The notes under the pieces are model-generated. The model was not told the origin of the DNA and did not search any database. It saw only the letters and a list, made by a program, of their open reading frames with translations. The position numbers and the translations under genes are program-made. A DNA stretch of 64,000 nucleotides, taken from the NCBI GenBank assembly GCA_016748015.1, contig JAAOMT010000502.1:62001-126000 (forward strand), given 5' to 3'. Of the stretch, positions 38,599-51,299 are shown one piece after another; within the stretch, counting starts at the first letter, position 1, and the number at the start of each line of letters is the position of its first letter. Source of the DNA: Geosiphon pyriformis uo1. Its lineage: Eukaryota > Fungi > Glomeromycota.

Positions 38599-40062
38599 TT
38601 AATACGATTGATTTTTAGGACAAACTCCCATTTTGTAGCCGAAATAGGGTCCCCAATGTGATTCTGAAATATAATCAAAATTCGTTGATACATCCTCCCC
38701 CCCTTTACCTTGATCAATTTCTTTGAGGTTGCAATACTTCAAATGGTTTTGAACATTAATGATGAGTTAATATAACATTTTTAAAAAAATGATAAAAATC
38801 TTCAAACCAGAATTTACCGGATTCTCCATGAACTTTCGGCTCCAACCTACAAATTTTGGAATACGAGAGCATTCATATACCATAATAGTGTCTGTATAAC
38901 TCTCCGGGACCATTGTATTTCGACAATCACAGGGTTCATTATCTGATGAAATCCAGTATTCCGTTGAATGATGTATAGATGGAAAATATTTCAAAATTGG
39001 CTGGAATCTTGGAACATTGTCGTCTCTATTTGTAATTCGAAAAACTTTGATATTTTGATCAACATATTTTGCAATATCATAATTTCCAATACGTGGTTCC
39101 CCAAAAGTGAAGACAGTAACTGTTGACCCGTAGTAGATTTTAGATGTAATCCAGCAAAAACTGCGTATGCTGAAAATAGAAGACAAATGACCAAATGTAA
39201 GGACTCGGGACATTAATAACAATAGATTTCTACCTCCACCTTCACCGTGCCCAGTTAGTTTAAAAATATAATTCTTAGTTTTTCCTGAGCCCATAAATTT
39301 TTCGATGATTTCTAAAAGCTTTTTCTTTCCATTGTCGAATTTCTCATAGGAAATTACATCGAGTATTAGAGGATTGTCTTTATCCATAATCTTGCTTCGC
39401 TCATTGAAATTTATTGGTTCTCCTTTGAAATATATGATTATTTCCATAGATTTTCTTTTTGGTTGAAAGGCGTAAGCTAAAAATTATAAGTGAAAAATAA
39501 CTTGAAAAAGTTGATTTTTCATGATATAAAAATCACATATCTAACCATAAAAGCCCTCAGCGAGTTTTCCAAACTCCCCTGATAAACAATACGCTTCTTG
39601 TGCATAGAAAGCATATTTGGAAAACTCTGATATGAGCTCTTTTTCCCTCGGTTTATTTAAGAGCTTTTTATATTTGTTTTCTTTTCTCTTGTCCGATGTT
39701 GAAGATCGCGCCAGTAATGATCGGGTTCGTTCAAAAATCCACTCATCCTTTTTAGTGGGAAAAGTGCTTTCAAATGTATGTCTTTTTACAATTGAGGAAG
39801 AATTCAGCTTTTCTTTTCTTTGAAAAATCGGACCAATTTGTAAAAGGCTGTTTTCAGATTGGCACTTTTGCGAATTTTTTAAAAGTTCTTTGGAACTATA
39901 AATAATGGTATTACTCCCTTTAAGTGTATCTTTCTTATTTTGCATTATGCCTAAAAGATTTAAATTCTTTTCCATGTAATACAAAGAGAAAAAGGTTACG
40001 ACTAAAAAGAAGTAAAAAAAGCTGGACTGAAAAGTTTTATAATTTTTCAAAAATTGTAACAT
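38599..40062 (-). pseudogene. Duplicate of lipase-fold gene A with a 1-nt deletion in exon 3; exons 40062-39546, 39476-39234, 39169-38818, 38736-38599
   Basis: Same exon layout as gene A. tct ata tac ggg becomes tct ac tac ggg near 39133, a frameshift under canonical splicing. The GHGEGG motif is retained. Confidence 0.82.
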
Positions 40063-40644
40063 CCTGATAAGATCCTCTAAATTATAGGTCTCCTATACCT
40101 CACAAATTTTATTTATATGTGTTGCTTTTAATCAGAGACAAATTGTCTATCGTTCTCCTTCGGAAAATCTTAATCGTAAGAAATAAAGCTTAGTCATTTC
40201 TTGGAGTGCTATTGGAATATTCAATCTTGTAAAATTCTCATTTTTGATTGGACATTATTCTGATTGGAATCCATTTATAATGAAAGGAGGATACATTATC
40301 TTATTCCATATGCGTCAATTGTTTGTTTAAACATTTTAAGATAAAGCTCTGCCATAATTTAGGTACGCCAAACTGGATGGTGTTGGCGTAGATCAACATC
40401 AATTTAGCAGACTAAAATATGATTTCCACGAAGAATGCCAGTTGAAAAAAATGATTAAGGAGTTGAACTCACCAGAATTGATGTTAATAAAGTCCAATTT
40501 TAGAAAACCAATATTCATTTAAAAATATATTTCCCGGTTATTAAAGTATTTTTATTGGTAAATTGCAAGAAGTGAGGAAAACAATTCAATAAGAGCATTT
40601 TGAGTTGTGCTATTTATTTATATTTATTTTTTTTACATCTTTTG

Positions 40645-40849
40645 AGCGTATGCCGGGTATCTCAGCCCTTATATGGGAAATAAATTCAAGAATCAACCAA
40701 TTAACAGCAACCCCCGATGATATTTATGGTTCCGAAAACTTACATATTTTTACATTTGGTCAACCCCGTATTGGTAACATTCCATTTGCTTGTATGGTGA
40801 ATTGATTACTAAAAGACCATGTTATACGTGTTACACATGAAAATGACCC
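40645..40849 (+). pseudogene. Truncated exon-3 remnant of lipase-fold gene B
   Basis: ISALIWEINSRINQLTATPDDIYGSENLHIFTFGQPRIGNIPFACMVN* aligns to 27171-27372, with a CGA>TGA stop at 40803-40805. Confidence 0.9.
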
Positions 40850-41854
40850 AACAAGGCCAGAAGTGAGCCTTAATTATGATAAGATTTCTAGACAAATTAG
40901 TAATAATAACAAAGCAATTCTGGACACTCACATTACTTTCCCTAAAGAAATATGCTTCTTTAAGAAGCTTTATCATCAGCAAACCTATAAGTCTTGGGAA
41001 AAGCTCTTGGAAGTAAGAGCCATCACTCTCCAGATAGCTAGTTTTTCTAATGCAAGAATTTGGTTATTCTGAGAGGTATTTTTAGGAATTGATTAATAAT
41101 CTTTGAAGGCATCAGTCATTGTAAGTCTAAAGAAAGGGTGAAACAAGGCTTATTTGCCTTCTATTGAAGAAATTTTGCTGTGTCTAGAAAAAGTACAAAG
41201 AAACCATTCCACCTAATATTTTTCATACTCTCTCGAAACTCAGGACACTATATTTTTTCATTGTGATAAGATTTATGAGAGATCGAGCTTCATCAATACA
41301 TAAGAGAATTTTTGAGATAAAAATGAATGTTCATCAAAATTATAAATCAATTTGATAACTTGTGAATAAAGTAATCTCAAATCATATTTTGCCCAGGATT
41401 TTTGTTCATGTATTGTAAGCACTTTTTCTTATATTTTTCAATAGCTAAACAATTTAGTTAAATGAGATATCATTCAACATATTTACATTCATTGTGTTTT
41501 AGAGGAAGAGTTTGTATATATAATTTCTAGGATCAGATTGGAAATAAAAAAAAATTATTTAAAGAACTAGAATTAAAAAGTCTTTAAGAAGCCATGACTA
41601 TTTATATTTTTTATCAAAGTAATTCCTATTTTAGCTTTAAAATTTTAATACTTTAAATGAGCAAAAGTGCTTTAAATATGTTAGGTTTAATTTTCAAATG
41701 GATATTAATTATAAAACGACTTTGAATTTAAAAAAATTAAGGATTATTTATAGCTTTATTATTAATTGTTGTTAGATTACAAATTTTTATTATATAGTTC
41801 TTTAAATATAGTATATTATAAAACATTACATAAATAAAACAATGTGAAGATTTC

Positions 41855-42712
41855 ATATATAAAAAAATTATATGGGTATTGCCACATGATCAAGTTTGTA
41901 TTTGCAATCAAATGTGCACGCGACAAGTCCGAGGTAATTTTAGATCACCTCTATAATTATCTCAAGACATCCTTCCGAAAATTTTTTTATTTTTTAACAA
42001 GTACAATACCCAGCAAACCTCATCTTAAAAAAGTTGCATCGATACAAAGCGAGAGGAAGGAAGGATAGGAAGGGAGGACAAAGAACTTTTGCCGTAAATA
42101 AGCCATCTATAAAAAAATACATGTATGAGTATTGTCACATGATTAAGTTGTTATTTGCGATCATTTAAGAAGAAAAATGTGCACGCGACAACTAAAAGAT
42201 AATTTTAGATTACCTCTATAATTATCTTAAAAAATCGCCAGAAAATTCTTCCGCAAAAATCTTTTTTTTTTGCTTTTATTTTTTTATTTTTTTTATTTTT
42301 AACAAGTACAATACCCAGCGAACCTCACCTTAAAAAAGTTACACCGATACAAAGCGAGAGAGAGGAAAGATAGGAGGGGAGGACGAAGGACTTTTGCCGT
42401 AAATAAGCCATCTATAAAAAAATAGATGTATGAGTATTGTCACATGATCAAGTTGTTATTTGCGATCATTTAAGAAGAAAAATGTGCACGCGACAACTAA
42501 AAGATAATTTTAGATTACCTCTATAATTATCTTAAAGAATCGCCACAAATCTTTCCACAAAAATCTTTTTTTTTTGCTTTTTATTTTTATTTTTTTACTT
42601 TTTATTTTTTTATTTTTTTATTTTTATTTTTTTAACTTTTTAACAAGTACAATACCCAGCGAATCTCACCTTAAAAAATTTACATCGAAGCAAAGCGAGA
42701 GAGGAGGACAAA
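41855..42712. repeat. Tandem array of about three ~300-bp units
   Basis: gtattg(c/t)cacatgat..aatgtgcacgcgacaa..acctctataattatct..acaagtacaatacccagc..caaagcgagag recurs at about 41876, 42129 and 42435. Confidence 0.9.
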
Positions 42713-42940
42713 AAAAGGAAAGAAGGAAGGGGGGACGAAAAGGAGGCAGAAAGAAAGAGATGAAGGAAGGGAAGAAACGAAGGAAGGAAGAAACGAAGGA
42801 AGGGAAGAAACGAAGGAAGGGAAGAAAGGAAGGAAGGGATAAAGAAAGGAAGGAAGCAATAAAAGAAGGAAAGGAAGCGGTAAAAAAAGAATGGGAAGCG
42901 ATAAAGAAAAGAAGGAAAGCGATAAAGGAAGGAAGGAAGC
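42712..42940. repeat. Purine-rich (GGAA/GAAG)n low-complexity tract
   Basis: About 230 nt, almost all A/G on the + strand. Source of the spurious overlapping ORFs. Confidence 0.9.
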
Positions 42941-43298
42941 CATTTTTATATAAAAATTTATTCAAATAATTAGGTTATTCGTTATAAACATAGCCCCCTT
43001 CTAAATGATGTAATTTTATTATAATGTCGTGTTGTTTTGATCAGAATCTTTAATTATAATTATTAATCACTAATTTTTTAAAATGTCTATCAAGATCTGT
43101 CTCACGCTATCAGCGCCAAGTTACTAAATTGGCATAAAGTACAAAGTCCGAGCCCTTAAAATTTTTCATCTCCCTGCCATATCCCTGCTATCATCTCCCT
43201 GCTATCCTTGTTAAATAATCATTATTGTTCATATTTTATTGTTTATAAATAATATTCACCATCAACTTTTACTATTAAGAAAAAGCCGGAATCTGAGT

Positions 43299-43382
43299 AG
43301 GGTTACCGTAGAGCACTGCCTATAGTACCTGGTCTTAATTATGAGGAGGGGGATATCATAGGCAGTGCTCTATGGTAATCTT
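43299..43382 (+). other. Long inverted repeat: 25-bp stem, 34-nt loop
   Basis: agggttaccgtagagcactgcctat pairs with ataggcagtgctctatggtaatctt; the three non-Watson-Crick pairs are all G-U on the + strand. Confidence 0.85.
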
Positions 43383-46206
43383 GATATTTACTGTTTTCAC
43401 AAAGATTATCGTGATAAAGTTTCGTTATAGATTTTTCAAATAAGCCATAAAGGTGATTAGTTTGGTATTACGGTTCTTTTTTTTTTTCCTTGAAACGAGA
43501 TTGAAAAAAAAAATTTTTATATCAAGCAAAATATAGAGTAAAGTAATGATCACTTATTTTAAAATATCAGAAATTCTTCAAAATTTAAGATAAATTTAAC
43601 AAGTTAATTTCTTGCTTTGATATACTTTTGAATGGTCAAATGTATAATTTCTTCGTCAAATAAAATTAATTTTTCCTTTTGATTTGTTTGAAATCGTAAT
43701 TGCTAAAAAATTTGGATTTGTACTCCGCAAATTTCTTGTTCATTGTTTTATTACCATAATCTATAGTTTTTGAGGTTATCAAGTCGTTCTTAATCTTGAA
43801 GTGCCAAAATAAATTTATTTGTTGAATTTAGAAGATTAGTTTGCAAATCAAATTTAATCGAAATTACTTTTCTATACATATATCTACCTAATTAGTTTCA
43901 TTTTACTACCTTTCTATATCCTTTAATACTTCAGACATAATATTAATTTCACTATCAGTTTATATAATTTATAAAACTTTATCATAGCTCATATAAAAAG
44001 CATAGAAATAAAAAACACTAATAATTGAGACTTTTAAATCTATTAGGATTACTTTTTGAAAAAATTTATGGTAATATTTAATCCTCATTCTGCTTATGAA
44101 AATTGGTAGATATTATACTTTTATATCATTTTTCTAGTTGGCTAATTAGAAATCGATAAAAGTCTGCATTAACTAATGAGAAAAATGTTCGCTTTTATTG
44201 TAAATAATTAGTTTATATTATTTTTTCAATAAAGTATTTATCACCTTTCCCTTGAATATACTTCCGAAATTTTTGCTACATTCTATATATAATTAAGTTG
44301 TAGCCTTTTTGGTTTTGCTATCATCAAGTTAAAAGGATTCAAAATTTTTTATAAAAAATAGGTCCAATCCTAACCACTCTTATCATTATCATCGGCACTT
44401 TGCTGCCTTGGTACTCGAAAATAAATTGTAACAAAAAATTAGATCATTCAGAAATTACTAGTTAATCTCATATGTTACTGTACAATGTTATTTGATTTCA
44501 TTCCAGTTTAACATTTATTAAAATCCTGGGAATTTAAATTGATTTACCCTTTGAACACAAAACCAGAAGTACTTTTAAAATTTCCGTATGATAAAGGTAT
44601 TCCCCTTTTAACTTGTATAACTAAAGTTAAAACAACTTTGGTGTTTTGGCACTTCAATTCACTTTATTAAAACCAAAAGACCGAAAAGTCCATTTTTAAC
44701 TTCGAAAAAAAGCAGGTCCTATATTAGATTTTGCGTTGCGCGATCCAAAACTTAAATTTTTCAAAACTGAAATTGATTTATTTTTGAAAACATGCTAAAA
44801 TGAGGTTATCCATTAAAAGGGATGAATAAGTTAGAAGGGTGTTTACTATAGCGATGGGAACATACTGGTTTCATACTCTCAAGCAATGAATAATACACCA
44901 ATATTCGAACTTATATTATTTTATATCTGATTTACCTTTTGGTTATGGTTTTGTTTAATTTTGAAGAACGTTTTATTTGGAGTATAAAATCGAGATACCT
45001 TCTAGTTTTTGAGCAATATATTTTTTAGTTTAAATTTGTTAAATGTTGGATTCATTGGTTTTTTGTATTAATATTTTTGTAACTAATATAAAGTGTTAAC
45101 ATATTAAGATAATTTGTATTTTAAATTATTTAAGAAAATTAATTGGTCAAAAAATTAATTAATGCCATTATAGTCATTAAAAAAGTTTTATTTATTACAA
45201 AAACGGTTTTTAATAATTTCTATATTTTAAAGCTGTTAAAAAACAATCCTAGTGGCTGGTCACGGGTAGAAAACGCATGAACCAAACTTATAATTTAATT
45301 CTTAAGAATAAGAAGAATTTAAGTATTGGTGAGATCACACTTTGTTAAAGCATAATAAAAAGAAATTCTATTATTCAAAATGAAATTTTATTTTTTTAAA
45401 CAATTTCAACTTTTTTATTGATAGAAAATTTTTTTATTTAGCAATTATTACAATTATTTGCATCATATTAAATAATTATTTTAATTCTGAAACGGGAAAT
45501 AATCATATGATATAAAATTAAAATTATAGATTTTAAATTCTATTTAAAAACTAATTTAAATTAAGCTATTTTCATTAAAAAGTTTTTATATACAAATTTG
45601 AATACAATAAACATATTATGAATATTAAAAAAATTAAATTTTTCTATAAATTCTTAATCAAAGTTTTTTTTATAGTATATTTTAAAAACAGTCTAATAAA
45701 TTGAGATGTGAATATATAATAATTATAACAAAATACCACATAAAAATTTTTTTTTTAAATCAGCTATTAATTAAATCAATAAAATAAATTCACACACATT
45801 ATAATTTTTAGAACTTTAACAATATCATAAGTTTTTTTTTCAATCAAAAATTTTATAATCATTATTATATTTACATAATATAAATATAATTGTTTATCTT
45901 TTTGGGAATTCTTACAATATCATAAAGTTTTGAATAGTTTAATTAATTTTATTTTTGACATTTTCCTTACCTAATAAAATTAATCGAAATATAATTATTT
46001 TGTCGACTTTAGCTTTTTTTCAATAATATCTTTCATATAACTTTTGTTATTTGTTAACATGAATTGTTAAATGTTTAATAATTAATAAAAACATAAAATA
46101 GAAAAAAAAATTGAATTATTTATTAATATAATATTTGACAAAGTGGCTGAACAGGTTATACAAATTTATTAAATATTTATTTAGTTTTAAAATTTAAAAA
46201 AGATTA

Positions 46207-46240
<34 letters not shown>

Positions 46241-47947
46241 AGTATAAATGGATTCCTTCAAACAATAAAATGTTTTTAGATTAAGTGGGAAAGGGAGAAT
46301 TTTTTATTGTTAAAAGTAGATAAGAGAGAGGCAGAATTCTATTTCAGGGAAATAAAATTAAAAGTATTAAAAAAGTGGAGCCATGAAAATTCCTTTGAAA
46401 TCTCTTAAAGACAGCCAAAAGATCGAAAATATCAATTCAGCTGATTTTTTTCCTTTTGAGAAAATATGTTGTTTTTATTATCACTATTTCTTTATAACAT
46501 TAAAGATCGTATTGGAATATTTGCGCATTTTTGTTATGCCTACTGCAAACATATCATTGAATGATGTGGAAATCACAAAGAGTTTTAACCAATCGAGTTT
46601 AATTTTAGGCAGTAAACAGATGTTTCCTGGGAAATTCAACCTAAAACATTTATCAATAATAGATTTTCACCACAATTATTCTTTTTAAATAAATACTAAT
46701 TTTTTTAATGCTAATAGTTTAATACAATTAACAAGCTATTTAATAATGTACAACTTTTTGCAGTAAATATACTCCTTTTCTTGAGCATTCTACCTTTTAA
46801 CATTTATTTTTATTAATTAGGTAGTAAATTCAAAGAAAAAATAGTTTTTCAATTATAAATAAGCACCCACATGCAATATTAAGGTTATTATTGCTGTAAT
46901 CTTTAAAATTCTTTCTTATCTTGAGAAAAAATATCCCAATTTTATGTTATCTTGTTTAGAATACTCTTTAATTGTGTTTATCAATATTTGAGTCAAGAAT
47001 TGGTTCTTTCTAATGATATTCCTAGCTATGAAAAACTAAAATATTAAACATTTATTATAATTAACGTGTATTTTGGACATTTTGCCTCTATTAACTTCAA
47101 TATTGTAAAAGGGAAAGAATTTTATTTCTAACTTTTGGCATGCACATCTATTTATAGAAAATAATAATAAGAATGTTAGTTTAAATCTTTACCAGGTTAA
47201 AGAGGTTTCAAATTATTAAAGTTAAAACAATTAATTTACAAGGCAAGCCGTTTTTATTTATGCAAATTATCATATTTATTGAATAAATGTTATATCATCA
47301 TATGGGGGTTCAAGGTTTTTTAGGCTTATTTTTATTATGATAATAAAAATAAGATTCGAATTTAATATAAAATCATTTTCTGAAGTTTTTTATTTTGCTT
47401 AGTATTCAAAACAAGAAGGACAGATTTAAAATCTTGTAATGGTAATTCTAAGTGAATTAATTGAATAGTGGTTACCTCTATATCAGGATATCATCATAAT
47501 ATTAAATATTAATAGAGACGCAATATTTTCTCATTGTGAGATTAAATAATATAAATAATAAATGATAAATATGTTTTTATCATGCTATTATTATATCGTA
47601 TCTTGTAATATAAAGAAATACAAAAGTGATAGCTAACTTCTATATCTCATTATTAAAATGAATGATTTTTGATATGTAGGACTTTTGAAAACAAAAAGTT
47701 TCACGCGGTTATAGTTCATTTTGGGTAGTAAAATAATCCCAGAAGTAAATAAAATTTAACTCAACTGTCATACTTGATCAAAAAAACCGAAAATTCGGCT
47801 GTTTAAATATTTCATAGTTTTCGAATAGAGGCTTTAAAATCTTCGAAGGCGATTTGATTGCCAATATATTTAAGTGACCAGAATTAATTGATCAATTGAT
47901 AATATGCATAAATACTCATACATGGGAAAGGATCTCATACTTTATCA

Positions 47948-49454
47948 ATGGCAACCGAGCAATTCTTTCATGCTTTATCCGATGATTTTGGAAATTTACT
48001 GGATAGCCAGAATCTCTCTGATGTTAAGATTGTTGTTGGAGAAGCGCCCAATATCAGAACTTTTCATGCTCATACGCAAATTTTGGCAGCAAGATCACCA
48101 TATTTTGCTGTAGCACTCTCTAGTAATTGGGTTAAGAGGGAAAACAATGCCATTATCTTCGCTAAACCTAATATTTCACCTAAAATCTTTGAAATAATTC
48201 TCAGGTAAGGGTTTTTATTTGCTTCAAAGTATTTTAGCCAACATAAATTCATATGTTTCATTTTCCTGTACAGATATATTTATAATGGCGAGATCTCTCT
48301 TGATAAACATGGAGTACCTACAATTTTAGAATTGCTTGTTACCGCTGACGAGCTTATTCTAGAAAAAATTATTGATCCCCTTGAAGACCATTTGATTGAA
48401 CACCGTGCAAAAGAGCTAGAAGAAAATTTCGCCACTTTGCAAAAAACTTCATTTATGCATGATTCTTTCAAAAAGTTACAAAACTTCTGTACAGAAATAG
48501 CTGCTAAAAATCCAGCCATAGTCTTCAACTCGCAAGATTTTACCTCCCTTAGTGAAAATGTTCTTTCCTCAATTTTAACCAGGGATGACCTAAATATAAA
48601 AGAATCTGAAATATGGGAAAAGATTGTGGAATGGGGAGTTGCTAAATTGGATAACAATATTCAGATGAAAGAAGTTCTTGACTGGACAGATGAAAACTTT
48701 AACGCCTTTAAGGAATCCATTGAAAGCCTTCTACCTTTAATCCGCTTCTTTAACATATCTTCAGTTGATTTCTATCACAAAGTAAAACCATTTGCGAGAA
48801 TCTTACCTGGAACTTTATATGAAGATCTTTTACATCATTATCTCGTACCGGGTAGTCATCAAAAGTCTGTAGACGCTCAGCCATTACGTTATTCTCGATT
48901 AAATATTGATTCAAAGCTTCTTCGATCGCATAATATAAGACAGCTTGATGATTGGATTCAAGGCAAAGACGAAAATACTCCTTTTGAAGATCAACTTGGA
49001 AATGATTTTAAATTGTTACTTCGAGGCAGTCGAGACGGATTCACTCCAGCCGATTTTCATCGATTATGTGATAATAAAGGATCAACAGTAAGTGTAATCA
49101 AAGTGAAAGGAACCGGTCAGCTAATTGGCGGCTATACCCCAGAACCTTGGCACTCTAGGGCTGAATATTTAAATGGAAAGGGAAGTTTTATTTTTTCCCT
49201 TGGAGATGGCAAAGCTGAAAATGCTAAACTTAGCAAATTTGTTAGCAGATTTGGACCTTTGTGTAATTCAAGGTTAGGACCCTCTTTTGGAAATACCGAT
49301 CTTTGGTTGTATAGCAATGACTTTAAAAGTAGTCAAGGGTGCCATTGTAAAAAGTCAATAAATTATGAGCATGCTATAATGCCTGGATCAGAAAATCAAC
49401 AAGTGGATTTCTTTTATCGAGGAGTATGAAGTTTTTCAAATTATAAAAAGATAA
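47948..49454 (+). pseudogene. BTB-BACK-TLDc paralog with a +1 frameshift near the 3' end; exons 47948-48204, 48274-49429 (ancestral stop 49454)
   Basis: Collinear with 15293-16804. An extra T in the T-run at about 49412-49416 turns FF-IEEYEVFQIIKR* into FFYRGV*. Could be a truncated allele or a homopolymer assembly error. Confidence 0.8.
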
Positions 49455-51299
49455 ATTCGTCTTATTCAATTTGAATATATACTGAAGACTACTATCTAAG
49501 AAATTTTCACTGACAGAATATTCTACTATTTTGAGCTTCACAATAAAGTGAAAAGAATATAATTTAATCTATTTTAAACATCAAGAATACTTTGGGAACT
49601 TAAAAGTTGTTTTTAACAAAAAGTGATCTCTGAATTTTAGGTTTTTATCACATAAAACGCTTTTAGGTTAATAGGTTTTAGAAATATTAACTTTTAAATT
49701 TATAATTGCTTTTCCACGTTAATTAAGATTATAAACTTTAGTTTTTTACTGGGCATCGCAATAAAACAATATATTTGAAAGTTTCAATCAAAACATAGCA
49801 TCAGCCTTTATGATTTCTTCTGAATGCTAATTTCTCATTATTCAAAATTAAATTTCTTATTTAATTAGAATGAAAAACTTTCTTCTTGTTTTTGAATTGA
49901 AATTGAATATTCTTATATTCAGAGGAGTGCAACTTAAAGTACTTTTTGCTCTGTTTCCACAAAATTTTGAGTTTATATTTTAAAAAAAATAAATTTCTTC
50001 AATCAAATTTAAACTAACAAAAGTTCTCGAAACTCGGGAACTTATCTAAAATATGTTTAATTAAAAGGTTTAATTTATATTTTATTATAATATCGCACTT
50101 GAAAAGAAGAAAATTTTCATTTTTATGACTAAAAAAACAAATTTTTTTTTATACATTATATTTTTGAGATATGAAAGAAAGAAAAAATGTTGATTGTATC
50201 AAAAAATTAATATTGCATAACCAAACATTTTCTAAGATAATTAAATATTTAATTAGGAATTTATTGCAATATTAAATTTGTTAATAAATAATTCAAGATT
50301 GTTTAAAAGAAAGAAATAAAAATATATGAAGGTTTTTCATTAAATTTAATATAATAATTATTTTTTAATAAAATTTACTTATATTATGATTTATTAAAAA
50401 AATTCAAAAAATGATTTTATCATAATGGAAATTTCTATGACAGAATTTTAAAGTTCACATTAAATTTGACATTAATAGTAAAACAAATCTTTTAATATAA
50501 GAAAATATTCTGACTTGAGAATTTAGCTTTTAAATAGTAAACATTAAAGATAATGACTCGAAAATTTAATTTTAAGACCAATCACACCAAAAGCTGTGTT
50601 TCACAGCTTAAAAGTGGAATACCTTATCATATGAAGATTCAAGAAAATTTTAGGCTTGTGTTCCAGGGGTAAATTAATTAAAATTTCCTTGTATTTAAAT
50701 AAATAACTCTTATAAATAATTAAACATTAAACTTGGAATGATTATTAGGGGGTAGAATCAAGACAAAATTGTGATATGTAAAGATTAGCTCGTAATTTCT
50801 ACACGACCTTATTTTTTATTAAAAATAAATTCAATGGTATACAATTTATTTTGGTACAGTTTTTTGCTATAAATTTTTTTTTTGAATGCTTATAACTTGT
50901 CGATAAGAAACCCAACTTTTATAATGTATAAAACCCTTAAAGCAACGCTCAATTTGATTTAGAAATTTTATTATGTATATTCTATTAGCCCTGTAAAACT
51001 CAAATCTTCAGTGATGGGATAAGGCATAAAAGTGTTTAAGGTAACAACTTATATTTGAAGTTTTTTTTAACAGTTAACAGAAAACCCTAAAGCTTTGATG
51101 TCGTTTTTAAAAAAATTACCCAAAACAAAAAGATTTTCTCGATCACTTAAAAACATTGTTGATTTTTTATAACATAAGATAGATTTTATTAATAAATCTT
51201 TTATTTTATATAGTTGAACAATTAAGGATTTTGTTATTTTTTTGCTTTATGTTAAGAATATTTAGGCTAGTTATTAAAAAATGAATGAAATTTTGGAAT

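Larger units (their letters stand above)
38133..40849 (+). repeat. Direct segmental duplication of about 23697-27372 with internal deletions
   Basis: Near-identical sequence from tgaaacggcaatt through lipase A and the intergenic region, then a jump into exon 3 of lipase B ending at catgaaaatga. Confidence 0.93.

Noticed and set aside
40850-41500. Possible LINE fragment at the duplication breakpoint
   Set aside because: Coding-like composition but no recognisable motif.
41855-42712. CRISPR-like repeat-spacer array
   Set aside because: Units are ~300-bp tandem duplicates without unique spacers, the context is eukaryotic, and there are no cas genes.
42574-42969. Lys/Glu/Arg-rich and Phe/Ser-rich ORFs
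   Set aside because: Products of a low-complexity purine tract that lacks stop codons.
46205-46241. (AAT)n/(ATT)n palindrome
   Set aside because: Simple microsatellite inversion, expected in AT-rich DNA.
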